A DNA stretch of 38,766 bases from an uncultured bacterium (GCA_965371665.1 CBDUZI010000016.1:1-38766); one strand, 5' to 3'; numbered from the stretch's first letter, positions 17,902-29,210 are shown. Notes: a model not told the origin generated them from the letters alone. Numbers and translations: made by a program.

Positions 17902-18645
17902 ATGTTATTTCCTAAGCAATGGATTTGCATTTCTCTGACCGGTGTTATCCTCATACTTGGTATGGGCAGCAGTGTCTGGGGAGAAATTGAAAAATCTACC
18001 TGGTATTTAAACCGTTCCGCTTCAATCTTAGGCCCGACCGGATGGATTAATATACCTTCGGCTGAGGTTGCCGAGGCCGGGCATTTTAATGCGGGGCTGC
18101 ACCGGGGCGAGGCTAAACTTAATCTGGGGATCCTGGATATATTGGAAGGCGGAATTTACTTCCGGCCTGATCTGCTGGGGGATCAATTTAGGCCGTATCG
18201 GGATTTATCCAGTTGGGAACACGCGGAAGAGAATATACCGGCTTTTTTGCGGGACGCATTTCGCGGACAAGGGAAGATCAGGATTCTGGATCAAAATTGG
18301 GCGGGAATAAGTTTGGCCGGAGGGATAGAAGGGGATAATGCTTATTTAGTTATTCAGCGATATATATCGGGTTTATCCCGGATGATGTTATTGGCGGGAT
18401 GGGGAACCGGTCGTTTTGAAAAAGGTTTTGGCGGCTTAAGCAAGACGCTTTTCCCAGGCGCGGAATTGATTTTTGAGGTTGATGGCATAGGCATTAATGT
18501 CGGCCTGCGGATGCTGTTGGCGTCTAATTTAATCCTGGATTTAGCCGTGCAGAATATCAACGCCATAGGTGAGGTTAGGAATCTGGGTGAGATTATAGGC
18601 GAGCATTTTCTTTTTGGAGTCACTTACGTGGAGGAGATTTGGTGA
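17902..18645 (+). CDS. hypothetical secreted protein
   Basis: 247 aa; signal peptide (..GMGSSVWG); no family recognised; stop overlaps the start of the acylphosphatase gene. Confidence 0.45.
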   Translation: MLFPKQWICISLTGVILILGMGSSVWGEIEKSTWYLNRSASILGPTGWINIPSAEVAEAGHFNAGLHRGEAKLNLGILDILEGGIYFRPDLLGDQFRPYRDLSSWEHAEENIPAFLRDAFRGQGKIRILDQNWAGISLAGGIEGDNAYLVIQRYISGLSRMMLLAGWGTGRFEKGFGGLSKTLFPGAELIFEVDGIGINVGLRMLLASNLILDLAVQNINAIGEVRNLGEIIGEHFLFGVTYVEEIW

Positions 18646-18926
18646 GCAGGAATCTTCGAGTGAAAGTCGCGGTATATGGACGGGTACAGGGTGTGGGATA
18701 CCGCTTTTTTGCTGAAAGGGCGGCGCAGGAGCGATATTTATCCGGATGGGTTGCTAATGCTTCGGATGGATGCGTAAAAATTGAAGCCCAAGGGCCGGAA
18801 GCAGACCTGCATACCCTGCTGAAAGATTTGGAAAAAGGGCCGGAACTAGCGGTGGTGGAAAAAATGAAGATAGACTGGGTGGATTTGTTGCATAAGGAAG
18901 AGGGATTTCATGTTAAAATTATTTAA
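18639..18926 (+). CDS. acyP: acylphosphatase
   Basis: 95 aa; V.G.VQGVGYRFF signature and GWV.N..DGCV; likely GTG start at 18642 preceded by GAGGAG. Confidence 0.85.
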   Translation: MVSRNLRVKVAVYGRVQGVGYRFFAERAAQERYLSGWVANASDGCVKIEAQGPEADLHTLLKDLEKGPELAVVEKMKIDWVDLLHKEEGFHVKII

Positions 18927-18944
18927 TTCGTTTTAAGGGATGAG

Positions 18945-20012
18945 TTGATGCCAGCCGCCCGGCTCTTGAAAACATCCAAAAAAAAAGTTAAGTCAAAGAT
19001 ATCCAGCCTTCCATCGGCAAAGATAAAGCGCGGCCGGGGTCGTCCGGAGAAAAATAAGCGCCGGGTTGGCCGGCCGGCGGATACCGTAGAGAAGGAAATT
19101 GATAATTTTGACCATGATGCTCCAGGCCAGACCCATAAAGAGGTTGGAACATCGGAAGAAAAGGGAAAATATGAACCGGCGATTATTAAGCAATATCTCA
19201 AAGAAGTCAGCAAGATTCCTCTATTAACCGCGGAACAAGAGCGGGACTTGGCATTTCGGGTGGAGAAGAATGATGCCGCGGCCCGTCAAACTCTGATTGT
19301 CAGTAATTTGAGATTGGTGATTTCCATAGCCAAAAAATACCTTTATCACGGACTTCCCATGCTGGACCTCATTGAAGAGGGGAATTTAGGTCTGATGCGG
19401 GCGGTGGAAAAATTTTTACCCCGCAAGGGATTTCGTTTTTCGACTTATGCCGCATGGTGGATACGACAGTATGTCAAGCGTGCGCTGGCTAACCAGAGTC
19501 AGCTTATCCGTATTCCGGTCCATATGGTTGAGAAAGTATCGCGGTTTTCCAGAATGCGGTATGAATTAAGTCAGAAACTGGGACAAGAACCCACCATAGA
19601 TGAGATCGCCAAGGCCATGAAAATTCCGGCGGACCAAGTGCGCGAGATCATGCGAGCGGATCAGCGGACGGCCTACTTAGAAACCATGATGGGCAGCCAT
19701 CAGGGCGATAGCCGGAAATGGACCGACGTATTTGAAGACAAGAGCAATATCTCGCCGGATGCTGCAACCCAGGGTGCCCGGCAACAGAAAAAAATCGAAA
19801 ATTTATTAGACTCGCTTACGGACAAGGAGAAAAATGTTATCATCTTGCGTTTCGGTTTAAATCGGAAAACTGCGTTCACGCTGGAACAAACCGGCCGGCA
19901 TTTCGGATTAACGCGGGAGCGTATACGTCAAATTGAAGTGACGGCTTTAAAAAAACTACGGGCTCATTTACGCCAGGAGCAAACTTCCGTGGAAGATATT
20001 TTTAAAACTTAG
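18945..20012 (+). CDS. RNA polymerase sigma factor, sigma-70 family (RpoD/SigA-like, short basic N-terminus)
   Basis: 355 aa; region 2 (DLIEEGNLGLMRAVEKF, STYAAWWIRQ), region 3, region 4.2 HTH (LTDKEKNVIILRFGL...TLEQTGRHFGLTRERIRQIE). Confidence 0.85.
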   Translation: MMPAARLLKTSKKKVKSKISSLPSAKIKRGRGRPEKNKRRVGRPADTVEKEIDNFDHDAPGQTHKEVGTSEEKGKYEPAIIKQYLKEVSKIPLLTAEQERDLAFRVEKNDAAARQTLIVSNLRLVISIAKKYLYHGLPMLDLIEEGNLGLMRAVEKFLPRKGFRFSTYAAWWIRQYVKRALANQSQLIRIPVHMVEKVSRFSRMRYELSQKLGQEPTIDEIAKAMKIPADQVREIMRADQRTAYLETMMGSHQGDSRKWTDVFEDKSNISPDAATQGARQQKKIENLLDSLTDKEKNVIILRFGLNRKTAFTLEQTGRHFGLTRERIRQIEVTALKKLRAHLRQEQTSVEDIFKT

Positions 20013-20024
20013 CGGGGAGGAATC

Positions 20025-20543
20025 ATGGTTGAACTGCTGGAAAACTTAATTCGGGATATTCCGGATTTTCCAAAACCGGGAATTATATTTAAGGATATTA
20101 CCCCCCTGTTGGCCGAGCCGGAAGCCTTGCGCCTGGCGATCGACCGGATCGCGGAGCATTATAAAGACAAATCCATTGCACAAGTAGTATGCGTAGAGGC
20201 CCGGGGATTTATAATCGGAGCGCCCTTGGCCTACAAGCTGGGCGCAGGGGTGGTTTTAGTGCGTAAGCCCGGTAAGCTTCCTTTTCAAACCCTGCAGACG
20301 ACCTACGCGCTGGAATATGGTACGGATTCACTGGAAATTCACTCCGATGCCATTTTACCCGGAACCCGGGTTCTGATCGCGGATGATGTTTTGGCCACCG
20401 GCGGAACGGTTTCCGGTGCGGTGGATTTAATCCGGAAACTGGAGGGGCGGATTTCAGGAATCGCTTTTCTAATCGAATTGGAGTTTCTGAAGGGCCGACG
20501 GCGACTTGAAGGGCAGGATGTATTTTCATTAATCAAGTATTGA
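20025..20543 (+). CDS. apt: adenine phosphoribosyltransferase
   Basis: 172 aa; PRTase motif [13 protein letters not shown]; Apt N-terminal pattern [18 protein letters not shown]. Confidence 0.9.
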   Translation: MVELLENLIRDIPDFPKPGIIFKDITPLLAEPEALRLAIDRIAEHYKDKSIAQVVCVEARGFIIGAPLAYKLGAGVVLVRKPGKLPFQTLQTTYALEYGTDSLEIHSDAILPGTRVLIADDVLATGGTVSGAVDLIRKLEGRISGIAFLIELEFLKGRRRLEGQDVFSLIKY

Positions 20544-20544
20544 C

Positions 20545-20621
20545 GCCCCCGTAGCTCAGTTGGATAGAGCAGCGGTTTCCTAAACCGTTGGCCGTGCGTT
20601 CAAGTCGCGCCGGGGGCACCA
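20545..20621 (+). tRNA. tRNA-Arg (anticodon CCT)
   Basis: Manual cloverleaf: acceptor gcccccg/cgggggc, D-arm gctc-agttggata-gagc, anticodon stem gcggt/accgt, loop ttCCTaa, T-loop ttcaagt, CCA encoded. Confidence 0.8.
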
Positions 20622-20636
20622 GAAAAGAGGTTTGCC

Positions 20637-21296
20637 ATGATAGATCTGCATATGCACACTTTGCATTCGGACGGTGAATTAATCCCTGCGGAACTGGTTC
20701 GCCGGGCCCGGCTTGCCGGTTACCGGGCTATGGCCTTGACGGATCATGTGGATCAGTCGAACCTGGAAACCCTGCTGCCCGGATTGAGGGCGGCGGCCCA
20801 AGCCTTAACCAGAGGTTTTGGAATTATGGTTCTGGCAGGAATAGAGATCACGCATGTCCCACCCCGGCAAATTTCCGGCTTGATTCAAAAAGCCCGGGAT
20901 GAGGGCGCAGAAGTGGTGGTGGTTCACGGCGAGACACCCGTGGAGCCGGTGGCCGGAGGAACGAATAGAGCCGCCATTGCAGGCGGCGCGGATATTTTAG
21001 CTCATCCGGGTCTGATTACTTTAGCCGAAGCCCGGCAAGCGCGGCGTCAGGGAGTAGCCTTGGAGCTCACTTCAAGACCGGGACATTGCCTCACCAATGG
21101 ACATGTCGCCAAGGTGGCCTTACAGGCCGGTTGCGCCTTAGTGATAAACAGTGATGCGCATGCCGCCCGGGATATTCATTCCCGGGATATGATCAAGAAA
21201 GTAGCCGCCGGGGCGGGTTTGTCCCCGGCGAAAATGAATTTCTGTGAACGAAATGCGCTGGAAATATGCAGGCGGGTACGTGGTTCAGCAAAATAA
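20637..21296 (+). CDS. PHP-domain metal-dependent phosphoesterase (histidinol-phosphatase-like)
   Basis: 219 aa; N-terminal IDLHMHTLHSDG PHP motif, further His/Asp ligands (TDH, INSDAH). Confidence 0.75.
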   Translation: MIDLHMHTLHSDGELIPAELVRRARLAGYRAMALTDHVDQSNLETLLPGLRAAAQALTRGFGIMVLAGIEITHVPPRQISGLIQKARDEGAEVVVVHGETPVEPVAGGTNRAAIAGGADILAHPGLITLAEARQARRQGVALELTSRPGHCLTNGHVAKVALQAGCALVINSDAHAARDIHSRDMIKKVAAGAGLSPAKMNFCERNALEICRRVRGSAK

Positions 21297-21307
21297 GGGG
21301 GAAGAGT

Positions 21308-22036
21308 ATGGCCAAGAAAAGATATTCGCATAAGCAAATACGCAAGAGTCTTAAGCAGGATGAATTACGTAATTTTTTAAACCGAACGATTGGATTTTTT
21401 AGAACCAATACCGAAAACTTGATGATTTCAGTCATAATTATCGGAGTAATTGCCATTTTAATTCCGCTGTATTTCCGGCATCAGGCAGGGAATGAGAAAC
21501 GCGCCCAAAATTTATTAAACCGCGCGATTAGTTATTACAATTATCCCCTGGCCAGCGGAGAGGGAGCCTCCGGTGGAGAATACTTTCGGTCCCGGGAAGA
21601 AAAATACAAAAAATCCCAGCAAGCCTTTACCGAAATCGCAACGACCTACCGTAATACCCGGGCCGCCGGCCTGGCCAGCCTGGGGGAAGCCAATTCCTGG
21701 TTTTATCTTAAAGAGTATGAAAAAGCCATGCTGATTTATCAGGAACAACTCCAGAAAAAGGGAGAAAAAGCTATAGGCTTTACCATCCCAGAGCGTCTGG
21801 CCGCTTGTCAGGAAAATCTTGAACAATGGCCGGAAGCCTTAGCCACTTACCAGGCTATTCTTGCCGAACAGCCGGATTATTTCAACCGGAGGGCGGTTAA
21901 TATAAGCATTGCCAGATGTTATTGGAACCTGGACCGTAAAGCCGAGGCCCGGGAACTGCTTGCGAAGGAAGAGTCTGAGGAGCCGGGGAGTTATTGGTCC
22001 GAAATCGCCCGTAGGCAAATGGTGGTGTATAAGTAA
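21308..22036 (+). CDS. membrane-anchored TPR-like repeat protein
   Basis: About 242 aa from ATG 21308 (AAGGGGGAAGAG RBS); one TM helix (ISVIIIGVIAILIPLYF) then TPR-like helical repeats (AYQAILAEQPDY, ARCYWNLDRKAEA); the ORF track begins upstream at 21266. Confidence 0.55.
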   Translation: MAKKRYSHKQIRKSLKQDELRNFLNRTIGFFRTNTENLMISVIIIGVIAILIPLYFRHQAGNEKRAQNLLNRAISYYNYPLASGEGASGGEYFRSREEKYKKSQQAFTEIATTYRNTRAAGLASLGEANSWFYLKEYEKAMLIYQEQLQKKGEKAIGFTIPERLAACQENLEQWPEALATYQAILAEQPDYFNRRAVNISIARCYWNLDRKAEARELLAKEESEEPGSYWSEIARRQMVVYK

Positions 22037-22048
22037 GGAGACATTGCT

Positions 22049-22663
22049 TTGAACCTGGTCTGGCTGGGATTAATATTTCTGGCAGTGGTCACTGCGGCTT
22101 TCCGGGGAACGATGTCCGAGGTATCGTCCGCGGCTTTTAAGTCCGCCGGCGCTGCGGTAACCTTATCCCTCGGATTGATTGGTGCCATGGCCCTGTTTCT
22201 GGGCCTGATGCGCGTGGCGCAAGACGCCGGCCTGGTCCAAGCCTTGGCGCGCGCTTTGCGTCCCTTGTTTAAATGGCTCTTTCCTGACGTGCCGGCCGAC
22301 CATCCTGCGCTGGGCGCTATTGCTCTCAATATGGGGGCCAATATGCTCGGCCTGGGAGATGCGGCTACGCCTATGGGCCTCAAGGCCATGCAGGATTTAC
22401 AGCAACTAAATGGCGAATCGGAGACCGCCACTAATGCCATGTGCACCTTTCTGGCTTTGAACTCAAGTTCTGTTCAGTTGATGCCGGCTATGGTTATCGG
22501 GCTTCGTGCCGCAGCCGGCTCCCGGAATCCTTCGGAAATTATCATCGCCGCTGTCCTGGCCACAACTTGTTCAACCATTGTGGCCGTGCTCGGCGCCAAG
22601 CTGCTGGCGCGTCTGCCCTATTTCAAAAAGAGCCGGCCCCGAGCCAAGGAATCCGGTTTATGA
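22049..22663 (+). CDS. spmA: nucleoside-recognition (Gate) domain membrane protein, SpmA-like
   Basis: 204 aa; TTG start; polytopic; SpmA family similarity (LGLIGAMALFLGLMRVAQDAG, MGANMLGLGDAATPMGLKAM). Confidence 0.75.
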   Translation: MNLVWLGLIFLAVVTAAFRGTMSEVSSAAFKSAGAAVTLSLGLIGAMALFLGLMRVAQDAGLVQALARALRPLFKWLFPDVPADHPALGAIALNMGANMLGLGDAATPMGLKAMQDLQQLNGESETATNAMCTFLALNSSSVQLMPAMVIGLRAAAGSRNPSEIIIAAVLATTCSTIVAVLGAKLLARLPYFKKSRPRAKESGL

Positions 22664-23196
22664 TTAAAGATATGCTGAGTGCGGCTTCCAACTGGGTGGT
22701 GCCCCTTTTGCTGCTGGGTATACCGCTTTATGCTTTTGCCGTGCGGCGCGTTAAAGTTTATGAAAGTTTCATTGAGGGCGCTAAAGAAGGTTTCTGGATC
22801 GGGGTTAAAATAATCCCGTATTTAGTCGGTATCCTGGTGGCGATTGGAATGTTCCGGGCCAGCGGGGCCATGGATTTGTTGGTCGCCGGTCTCCGGCCGC
22901 TTACCGGCTTGTTCGGTTTCCCGGCCGAGGCTCTGCCCGTGGCCCTCTTGCGTCCGCTCTCCGGTTCCGGCACTCTGGGACTGATCTCGGATGTATTTCA
23001 AACCTCGGGTCCGGATTCATTTGTCGGGCGTTTAGTCAGCGTTATCGAGGGGAGTACGGAAACCACTTTTTATGTGCTCGCAGTGTATTTCGGTTCAGTG
23101 GCCGTAAGGAAAAGCCGGCACGCTTTGCCGGCGTCGCTGCTGGGAGACCTGGCCGGAGTAGTGGCGGCTTTTATCGTTTGCCGTCTGCTTTTTTAA
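22660..23196 (+). CDS. spmB: SpmB-like membrane protein
   Basis: 178 aa from ATG 22660, overlapping the spmA stop (ATGA); SpmB family pattern (LLRPLSGSGTLG, TETTFYVLAVYFGSV). Confidence 0.75.
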   Translation: MIKDMLSAASNWVVPLLLLGIPLYAFAVRRVKVYESFIEGAKEGFWIGVKIIPYLVGILVAIGMFRASGAMDLLVAGLRPLTGLFGFPAEALPVALLRPLSGSGTLGLISDVFQTSGPDSFVGRLVSVIEGSTETTFYVLAVYFGSVAVRKSRHALPASLLGDLAGVVAAFIVCRLLF

Positions 23197-23197
23197 T

Positions 23198-24139
23198 ATG
23201 GCCCCTCATTTGAGGCTTCCTCCAAAACTTTGTCCGGGAGACAGTGTCATGCTGGTTTCCCCGGCCTCCCCGCCGGCCGGTCCAAGACACGTGCTTGCGG
23301 CCCGGCAGGCGCTTAAACGGCTGGGGTTTAAAGTAATGGCAGGCCAGGCGGTTTTACGGCGTTACGGATACCTGGCCGGGAATGATAAGGAGCGCGCCCG
23401 TGATCTGGAAAACGCTTTCAGCAATCCTGCGATCAAGGGCATTTTCTGCACCCGGGGCGGATATGGAACCTCCCGTCTGCTGGAACATTTTGATCTCCGC
23501 CTGGCGCGCCGTCATCCCAAAATTCTAATTGGTTTTTCCGATATTACCTTATTGCATCTGGCCCTGCAATCAGCAGGATTAGTGAGCTTTTGGGGACCCA
23601 TGCCGGCCGCTTCCACCGGATTAAACGCGTTTTCCGCTTCCTGGCTCAGCCGGGCCGTAATGCAGCATGCGCCGCTCGGACGAGTGCCGCTCTCCCGCGG
23701 ATATAAAGCCGGCGTGCTGCGCCGGGGAAAAACCACCGGGAGGATGACAGGCGGGACCATCACCCTGCTGGCCGCGAGTTTGGGCACGCCTTATGAAGTG
23801 CAGACTAAAGGCCGGATTGTTTTTTTGGAAGAGATAGGTGAAGAACCGTACCGGATCGATAGAATGATTACCCAATTATTAGCCGCTGGAAAATTATCGG
23901 ATGCGGCGGGTATGGTCTTAGGAGTTTTCCGGGATTGCGCGCCCCGGCTCTTTCCCGGGAAGCGAGGCCTGTCATTAGAGGAAATGCTGATTGACCGCTT
24001 GCGTCCCCTGGGGATTCCAATATTTTCCGGCTTGGCCATAGGCCATACGGCTGATCAGGTTACCCTGCCGTACGGCGTTAAGGCCGGCATGGATGCCGGG
24101 AAGTGCTTGCTGGAAATCCTGGAGCCGGGTGTGAGATGA
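23198..24139 (+). CDS. ldcA: LD-carboxypeptidase (peptidase S66, muramoyltetrapeptide carboxypeptidase)
   Basis: 313 aa; S66 family pattern (GD.V.LVSPAS, IKGIFCTRGGYGTSRLL, GFSDIT.LH, C-terminal His in GLAIGH). Confidence 0.8.
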   Translation: MAPHLRLPPKLCPGDSVMLVSPASPPAGPRHVLAARQALKRLGFKVMAGQAVLRRYGYLAGNDKERARDLENAFSNPAIKGIFCTRGGYGTSRLLEHFDLRLARRHPKILIGFSDITLLHLALQSAGLVSFWGPMPAASTGLNAFSASWLSRAVMQHAPLGRVPLSRGYKAGVLRRGKTTGRMTGGTITLLAASLGTPYEVQTKGRIVFLEEIGEEPYRIDRMITQLLAAGKLSDAAGMVLGVFRDCAPRLFPGKRGLSLEEMLIDRLRPLGIPIFSGLAIGHTADQVTLPYGVKAGMDAGKCLLEILEPGVR

Positions 24140-24217
24140 GGGGCTCCCTCATAGGAATTAAAGCTTGACAGAGCACAATGAGTAGGTTATTTTTTTAAAT
24201 CCGTAGGAATAATTGTC

Positions 24218-24293
<76 letters not shown>

Positions 24294-24402
24294 GATTAAT
24301 CACCGGCGTTCCGTTTTTATGGGGCGCCGTTTTTATATTTAATCATTTTTCACACTTGCCTTAGCCTGTTATCCCGGCGAAACAGGCTGTGTCATAATAG
24401 TT

Positions 24403-24560
24403 TTTCAGAAGCATTTATGTACTTTGTCATTCCGAACGTAGTGAGGAATCTCCACGAAAACGCTTAATTTAAAAGGGCGGTTGGAGATTTCTCGGCTGCG
24501 CCTCGAAATGACAAACTTGGTTAAATTGCTCAAAACCAGAGTTGTGACACAGCCTGGAAA
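24403..24560. repeat. modular palindromic interspersed element, copy 2 (inverted relative to 2481-2660)
   Basis: Near-identical to the reverse complement of 2481-2660 over ~150 nt except for a 26-nt internal hairpin module that is absent here; lies ~110 nt downstream of tRNA-Ala. Confidence 0.8.
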
Positions 24561-24613
24561 ACCGGGATCCAGATGGATTTAGACAGTAATGAGATCGGCG
24601 GTAAACTTCAAAA

Positions 24614-25471
24614 TTGGAATCAGTGATTGATTTTCATGTACATGCTTTTCCTGATAACCTGGCGGCCAGAGTGGTTCCTCAATTGGCGGAGCGGGGCGGC
24701 GTCTGTCCAGTATATAATGGAACCATAAGCGGGCTACAACAAGCAATGCGCCAAAGTGGCATGACTTCCGCGGTTATTCAGCATATTGCCACTAAGCCCG
24801 GCCAGGTAAGGGCGATAAACCAGTGGTGCCGGGAATTAAAGGATCAATACGGGTTCTATTCTTTCGGCGCGCTTCATCCGGATATGTCAGCCGAAGAATT
24901 AGCGCAGCAGATTGTGTTTTTAAAAAGCCAGGGTATTCGGGGCGTAAAATTGCATCCGGAGTATCAGGACTTTTACCCGGATGAGGACCGGATGGAAGCG
25001 CTTTACCATCAGCTGGAAACCTCGGGATTGGCATTAATGATGCATGCCGGAGTTGATCTGTGTTTTGCCGGGGAACCCAAGGCTTCCCCGGCGCGTATTA
25101 TGCAAATTAATCAAGCGTTTCCAAGATTAAAATTAATTGCCGCTCATTTGGGCGGTTTCCGGATGTGGGATGAAGTAGAACGTTGTCTGATCGGAAGGCC
25201 GGTATGGCTGGATACGGCTTATTGCGCTGATGAATGTCCCGGACCCCGGTTATTGGAACTCGTGAGGGCGCATGGCGTTAAGCGCGTGCTTTTCGGCAGT
25301 GATGCGCCTTGGGGGAATCAGGCCGCGCACCGGGAATATCTCCGACAGGCCGGTTTTACCGCTGCGGAATTAAGTGCGATAGAGTACGGGAATGCGTGCG
25401 ATATGCTGGAGTTGGAAAGAGCCGGTTTCGCCATGCTTTCGCGCGTTGAGACGGATATAGAAAATAAATAA
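24614..25471 (+). CDS. amidohydrolase-2 family metal-dependent hydrolase (TIM barrel)
   Basis: 285 aa; TTG/GTG start; IDFHVH N-terminus, ..MMHAG.., ..AAHLGG.., ..LFGSDAPW metal-ligand pattern of PF04909-like hydrolases. Confidence 0.65.
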   Translation: MESVIDFHVHAFPDNLAARVVPQLAERGGVCPVYNGTISGLQQAMRQSGMTSAVIQHIATKPGQVRAINQWCRELKDQYGFYSFGALHPDMSAEELAQQIVFLKSQGIRGVKLHPEYQDFYPDEDRMEALYHQLETSGLALMMHAGVDLCFAGEPKASPARIMQINQAFPRLKLIAAHLGGFRMWDEVERCLIGRPVWLDTAYCADECPGPRLLELVRAHGVKRVLFGSDAPWGNQAAHREYLRQAGFTAAELSAIEYGNACDMLELERAGFAMLSRVETDIENK

Positions 25472-25475
25472 TCAG

Positions 25476-25503
25476 TTGACTTTATTTAAAATGGTTTTAA
25501 TAT
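25476..25503 (+). promoter_or_regulatory. putative sigma70 promoter of the ilv-leu operon (TTGACT-16 nt-TAATAT)
   Basis: TTGACT at 25476-25481, 16-nt AT-rich spacer, TAATAT at 25498-25503; ~100 nt leader before ilvD. Confidence 0.3.
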
Positions 25504-25603
25504 ATCTTTTTAACTCTATTATTGTGATGGAAGGTTTAAATATTAGCCGTTTGTTAGAACATTATCGGCAAGGGCAGGGGCGACGAAAGCGAGGTTATAA
25601 GCT

Positions 25604-27265
25604 ATGCGCAGCGATGTAATGAAAAAAGGAGTGACCAAATCTCCGCATCGGTCACTATTTAAAGCCATGGGTTATACGGACGAAGAATTGCGCCGTCCGA
25701 TTATTGGCATTGCCAATTCCTTTAACGAGATTATTCCCGGCCATACGCATTTAAACCAGGTGGCAGCGGCGGTTAAAGCCGGTATCCGCATGGCCGGCGG
25801 CACTCCCATGGAATTCAATACTATCGGTATTTGCGATGGTATTGCCATGAACCATGAGGGCATGAAATATTCCCTCGTCACCCGGGAAATCATAGCTGAT
25901 TCAGTGGAAGCGGTAGCCAATGGAACGCCTTTTGACGGCCTTATTCTTCTGCCTAATTGCGATAAGATTATTCCGGGCATGATGATGGCCGCGGCCCGCT
26001 TAAATATTCCGGCTTTGCTGATTTCCGGCGGGCCGATGTTGCCCGGTGAATACCGCGGCCGGCGAATTGATTTGATTAAAGGGCCTTTTGAAGGCATGGC
26101 CCAGGCCTTGGCGGGTAAAATTTCCAAGGAGGAATTTCGCGCGATTGAGGACGCGGCCTGTCCGACTTGCGGGTCCTGTGCCGGATTATTCACCGCCAAT
26201 ACCATGAACTGCATGGCCGAAGCCCTGGGCTTGGCTCTGCCGGGGAATGGAACGGCTCCGGCTGTCTCGGCCGAGCGTATTCGTCTGGCGAAATTGGCGG
26301 GCGCAAAAATCATGCAGGCCGTGCGCAGCAGGTTAACGCCCTTAAAGATATTAACCTTGGCGGCTTTTCGCAATGCTATAGCCGTGGACGTGGCCATGGG
26401 AGGTTCAACCAATACAGTGTTGCATCTTCCGGCGATTGCGCATGAAGCCGGCTTAAAACTGGATTTGGAGGAATTCAACCGTCTTTCCAGGAAAACACCG
26501 CATCTGTGCAGCGTTAGCCCGGCCGGAGATCATTTTATGGTGGATATTCATCGGGCCGGTGGAGTACCGGCCGTGATGAAGACCCTGCTCTCCCGGGGCG
26601 TAATCGATTCTAAACTGCCTACGGTTACGGGCCAAACCGTGGCCGAGAACCTGAAAACCGCTAAAGTGGCGGATACCGAGGTTATACGTCCGCTGTCCAG
26701 ACCTTACCACCAATATGGAGGCCTGGCAGTTTTAAAAGGAAATATTGCTCCGGAAGGCAGTATAGTAAAGCAGTCAGCGGTTGCACCGGAAATGATGCAT
26801 AGCATATGCCGGGCCCGCGTCTTTAACAATGAAGATACCGCTTTCAAGGCGATTATGCAAGGCGAGATTCGGAAGGGCGATGTAGTGGTTATTCGCTACG
26901 AAGGTCCCCGGGGCGGTCCGGGTATGCGCGAAATGCTTTCACCGACCAGCTCCATCGCGGGTATGGGTCTGGATAAGCATGTGGCCTTAATCACGGACGG
27001 ACGTTTCTCAGGCGGAACCCGGGGAGCGGCTATCGGACATATCTCGCCCGAGGCGGCGGCCGGCGGACCGATTGCCGCGATTCGCGAAGGGGACAGGATA
27101 GAGATCGATATACCAAAATTGAAGATCAATTTATTGGTTTCAGACCAGGAATTAAAACAGCGCATGAAAGATATCAAACATCCGAAGCATAAAGTATATA
27201 AGGGAGTTTTAGGACGCTACGCCAGACTAGTGACCTCGGCAAATACCGGGGCCGTGTTGGAATAA
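25604..27265 (+). CDS. ilvD: dihydroxy-acid dehydratase
   Basis: 553 aa; IlvD/EDD family: [33 protein letters not shown]. Confidence 0.95.
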   Translation: MRSDVMKKGVTKSPHRSLFKAMGYTDEELRRPIIGIANSFNEIIPGHTHLNQVAAAVKAGIRMAGGTPMEFNTIGICDGIAMNHEGMKYSLVTREIIADSVEAVANGTPFDGLILLPNCDKIIPGMMMAAARLNIPALLISGGPMLPGEYRGRRIDLIKGPFEGMAQALAGKISKEEFRAIEDAACPTCGSCAGLFTANTMNCMAEALGLALPGNGTAPAVSAERIRLAKLAGAKIMQAVRSRLTPLKILTLAAFRNAIAVDVAMGGSTNTVLHLPAIAHEAGLKLDLEEFNRLSRKTPHLCSVSPAGDHFMVDIHRAGGVPAVMKTLLSRGVIDSKLPTVTGQTVAENLKTAKVADTEVIRPLSRPYHQYGGLAVLKGNIAPEGSIVKQSAVAPEMMHSICRARVFNNEDTAFKAIMQGEIRKGDVVVIRYEGPRGGPGMREMLSPTSSIAGMGLDKHVALITDGRFSGGTRGAAIGHISPEAAAGGPIAAIREGDRIEIDIPKLKINLLVSDQELKQRMKDIKHPKHKVYKGVLGRYARLVTSANTGAVLE

Positions 27266-27288
27266 AAGGAATCCCAGGGGGTTTTATT

Positions 27289-28968
27289 ATGAGCCAGGAA
27301 AGAACCGGCGCACAGATATTTGTGGATAGCTTGCTGCGGGAAGGAACCGATATTATTTTCGGTTATCCCGGGGGCGTTTTGCTTCCGATTTTTGATGCCT
27401 TGTATGATTCCAAATTGCGCGTTATTCTGCCTCGTCATGAACAAGGCGCGGCCCACATGGCAGACGGCTATGCCCGGGCGACCGGCCGGGTGGGAGTTTG
27501 TTTGGCAACCTCCGGCCCGGGCGCGACTAATCTGGTGACCGGGATTGCCACGGCCTACATGGATTCCATTCCCATGGTGGCGCTTACCGGCCAGGTGGTC
27601 AGCAGCATGATAGGTAATGACGCTTTTCAGGAAGTGGATATAACGGGCATTACCCGGCCGATTACCAAGCATAATTTTTTAATCAGGGATGTGAAAGATA
27701 TTGCGGACACCATACAGGAGGCTTTTTTCATTGCTTCAACCGGACGGCCGGGACCGGTTCTGGTGGACATTCCCAAGGATGTGACTACTGCGGTTTGCGT
27801 GCCGGAATACCGCGAAAAATCCGAGATCCGCGGTTACCGCCCCAACCTGGTGCCGCATCCCAACCAGATTAAAAAAGCTGCGGCTATGATTGCCGAGGCT
27901 AAGCAGCCCCTGATATACGCGGGCGGCGGAGTGATTTTAGCCAATGCCTCTAAAGAATTAAAGGAATTGGCAGAAAAAATCAATGCGCCGGTTACCCTTA
28001 CCTTAATGGGCCTGGGAGCTTTTCCCGGTATGCATGAAAATTTTATCGGCATGCTGGGAATGCATGGCACGCGGACGGCTAATTATGCCATGCAGGAAAG
28101 CGATGTGGTAATCGCAATCGGCGCGCGCTTTGATGATCGCGTGACCGGACGGGTTGAGCATTTTGCCTCCAATGCCAAGATAATTCATATTGACGTGGAT
28201 CCGGCCAGCATTTCCAAGGTTGTTTCCGTGGATGTGCCGATCGTAGGGGACGCCAAGCTGGCCCTGCAGGCCCTGCTCAAAGAAGTTGCTTCGCGGAAAT
28301 GCGATGAGTGGCAGTCCCGGGTCAGGGAATGGCAGAAGAAATTTCCCCTGGGTTATTCCCGGGAAGGCTCCAGCATAAAGCCTCAGATGGTGATAGAGAC
28401 TCTGAATAAGGTGGGAGGCCCGGATTTATTCCTGGCCACCGATGTGGGGCAGCACCAAATGTGGGCGGCCCAATTTTTCAAACTTGATAAGCCGCGGCAC
28501 TGGGCTTCTTCCGGAGGCTTGGGGACCATGGGTTACGGATTTCCCGCCGCCCTGGGAGCGCAGGCCGCATTGCCGGGCAAGCCCGTCGCAGTGGTGAGCG
28601 GGGACGGCAGTTTCCAAATGAACATGCAGGAACTGGCTACGGCCGTGGTTAATAAGCTTCCGGTAAAGGTGATTATTCTAAATAACGGTTACCTGGGCAT
28701 GGTGCGGCAGTGGCAGGAGTTATTTCACGGCAAGCGGTATTCCTCCACGGATATTGAAAGTTCTGTGAATTTTGTCAAACTGGCGGAAGCTTTCGGTGCG
28801 ACCGGGATTTCCGTCCAGGAGCCGGATCAGGTTGAACCGGCCCTGAAACGTGCCTTTGCCACTGAGGGGCCGGTAGTGGTTGACGTTCATGTGGCGCGGG
28901 AAGAAAATGTATGGCCCATGGTGCCGGCCGGAGCGCCGATTCATGAGATGATCGGGGAATTGGCGTAA
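27289..28968 (+). CDS. ilvB: acetolactate synthase large subunit (ThDP-dependent)
   Basis: 559 aa; GYPGG, GPGATN, FAD and ThDP motifs ([10 protein letters not shown]). Confidence 0.95.
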   Translation: MSQERTGAQIFVDSLLREGTDIIFGYPGGVLLPIFDALYDSKLRVILPRHEQGAAHMADGYARATGRVGVCLATSGPGATNLVTGIATAYMDSIPMVALTGQVVSSMIGNDAFQEVDITGITRPITKHNFLIRDVKDIADTIQEAFFIASTGRPGPVLVDIPKDVTTAVCVPEYREKSEIRGYRPNLVPHPNQIKKAAAMIAEAKQPLIYAGGGVILANASKELKELAEKINAPVTLTLMGLGAFPGMHENFIGMLGMHGTRTANYAMQESDVVIAIGARFDDRVTGRVEHFASNAKIIHIDVDPASISKVVSVDVPIVGDAKLALQALLKEVASRKCDEWQSRVREWQKKFPLGYSREGSSIKPQMVIETLNKVGGPDLFLATDVGQHQMWAAQFFKLDKPRHWASSGGLGTMGYGFPAALGAQAALPGKPVAVVSGDGSFQMNMQELATAVVNKLPVKVIILNNGYLGMVRQWQELFHGKRYSSTDIESSVNFVKLAEAFGATGISVQEPDQVEPALKRAFATEGPVVVDVHVAREENVWPMVPAGAPIHEMIGELA

Positions 28969-29000
28969 TTTGTTGGGGCGGTTAAGTGAGGATAACAAGT

Positions 29001-29113
29001 TCCCCCCTTTTCAAAAAGGGGGGAGAGGGGGGATTTTTAAATTCCGGACTTCCAGGAAAAATGAATTACTATTAACAAATCCCCCTTTATCCCCCTTTTC
29101 CAAAGGGGGAAGA
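29001..29113. repeat. G/C-hairpin repeat cluster in the ilvB-ilvN spacer
   Basis: ccccccttttcaaaaaggggggagaggggggattttt (core near-identical to 7631-7664) plus cccccttttccaaaggggg. Confidence 0.75.
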
Positions 29114-29210
29114 GTTGTGTTGTTGCAGCAGTATTATAAAAATGGATAACGATATCTCTCTATAACTGAGGGTTACCCTCAACAAAACAATATTATTTGG
29201 AGTGTGAATC

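Noticed and set aside
25472-25603. T-box riboswitch or leader-peptide attenuator upstream of ilvD
   Set aside because: No T-box consensus (AATTAGGGTGGNACCGCG) and no Ile/Leu/Val-rich leader ORF were found in the 130-nt leader. Only a promoter-like TTGACT-16-TAATAT is seen.
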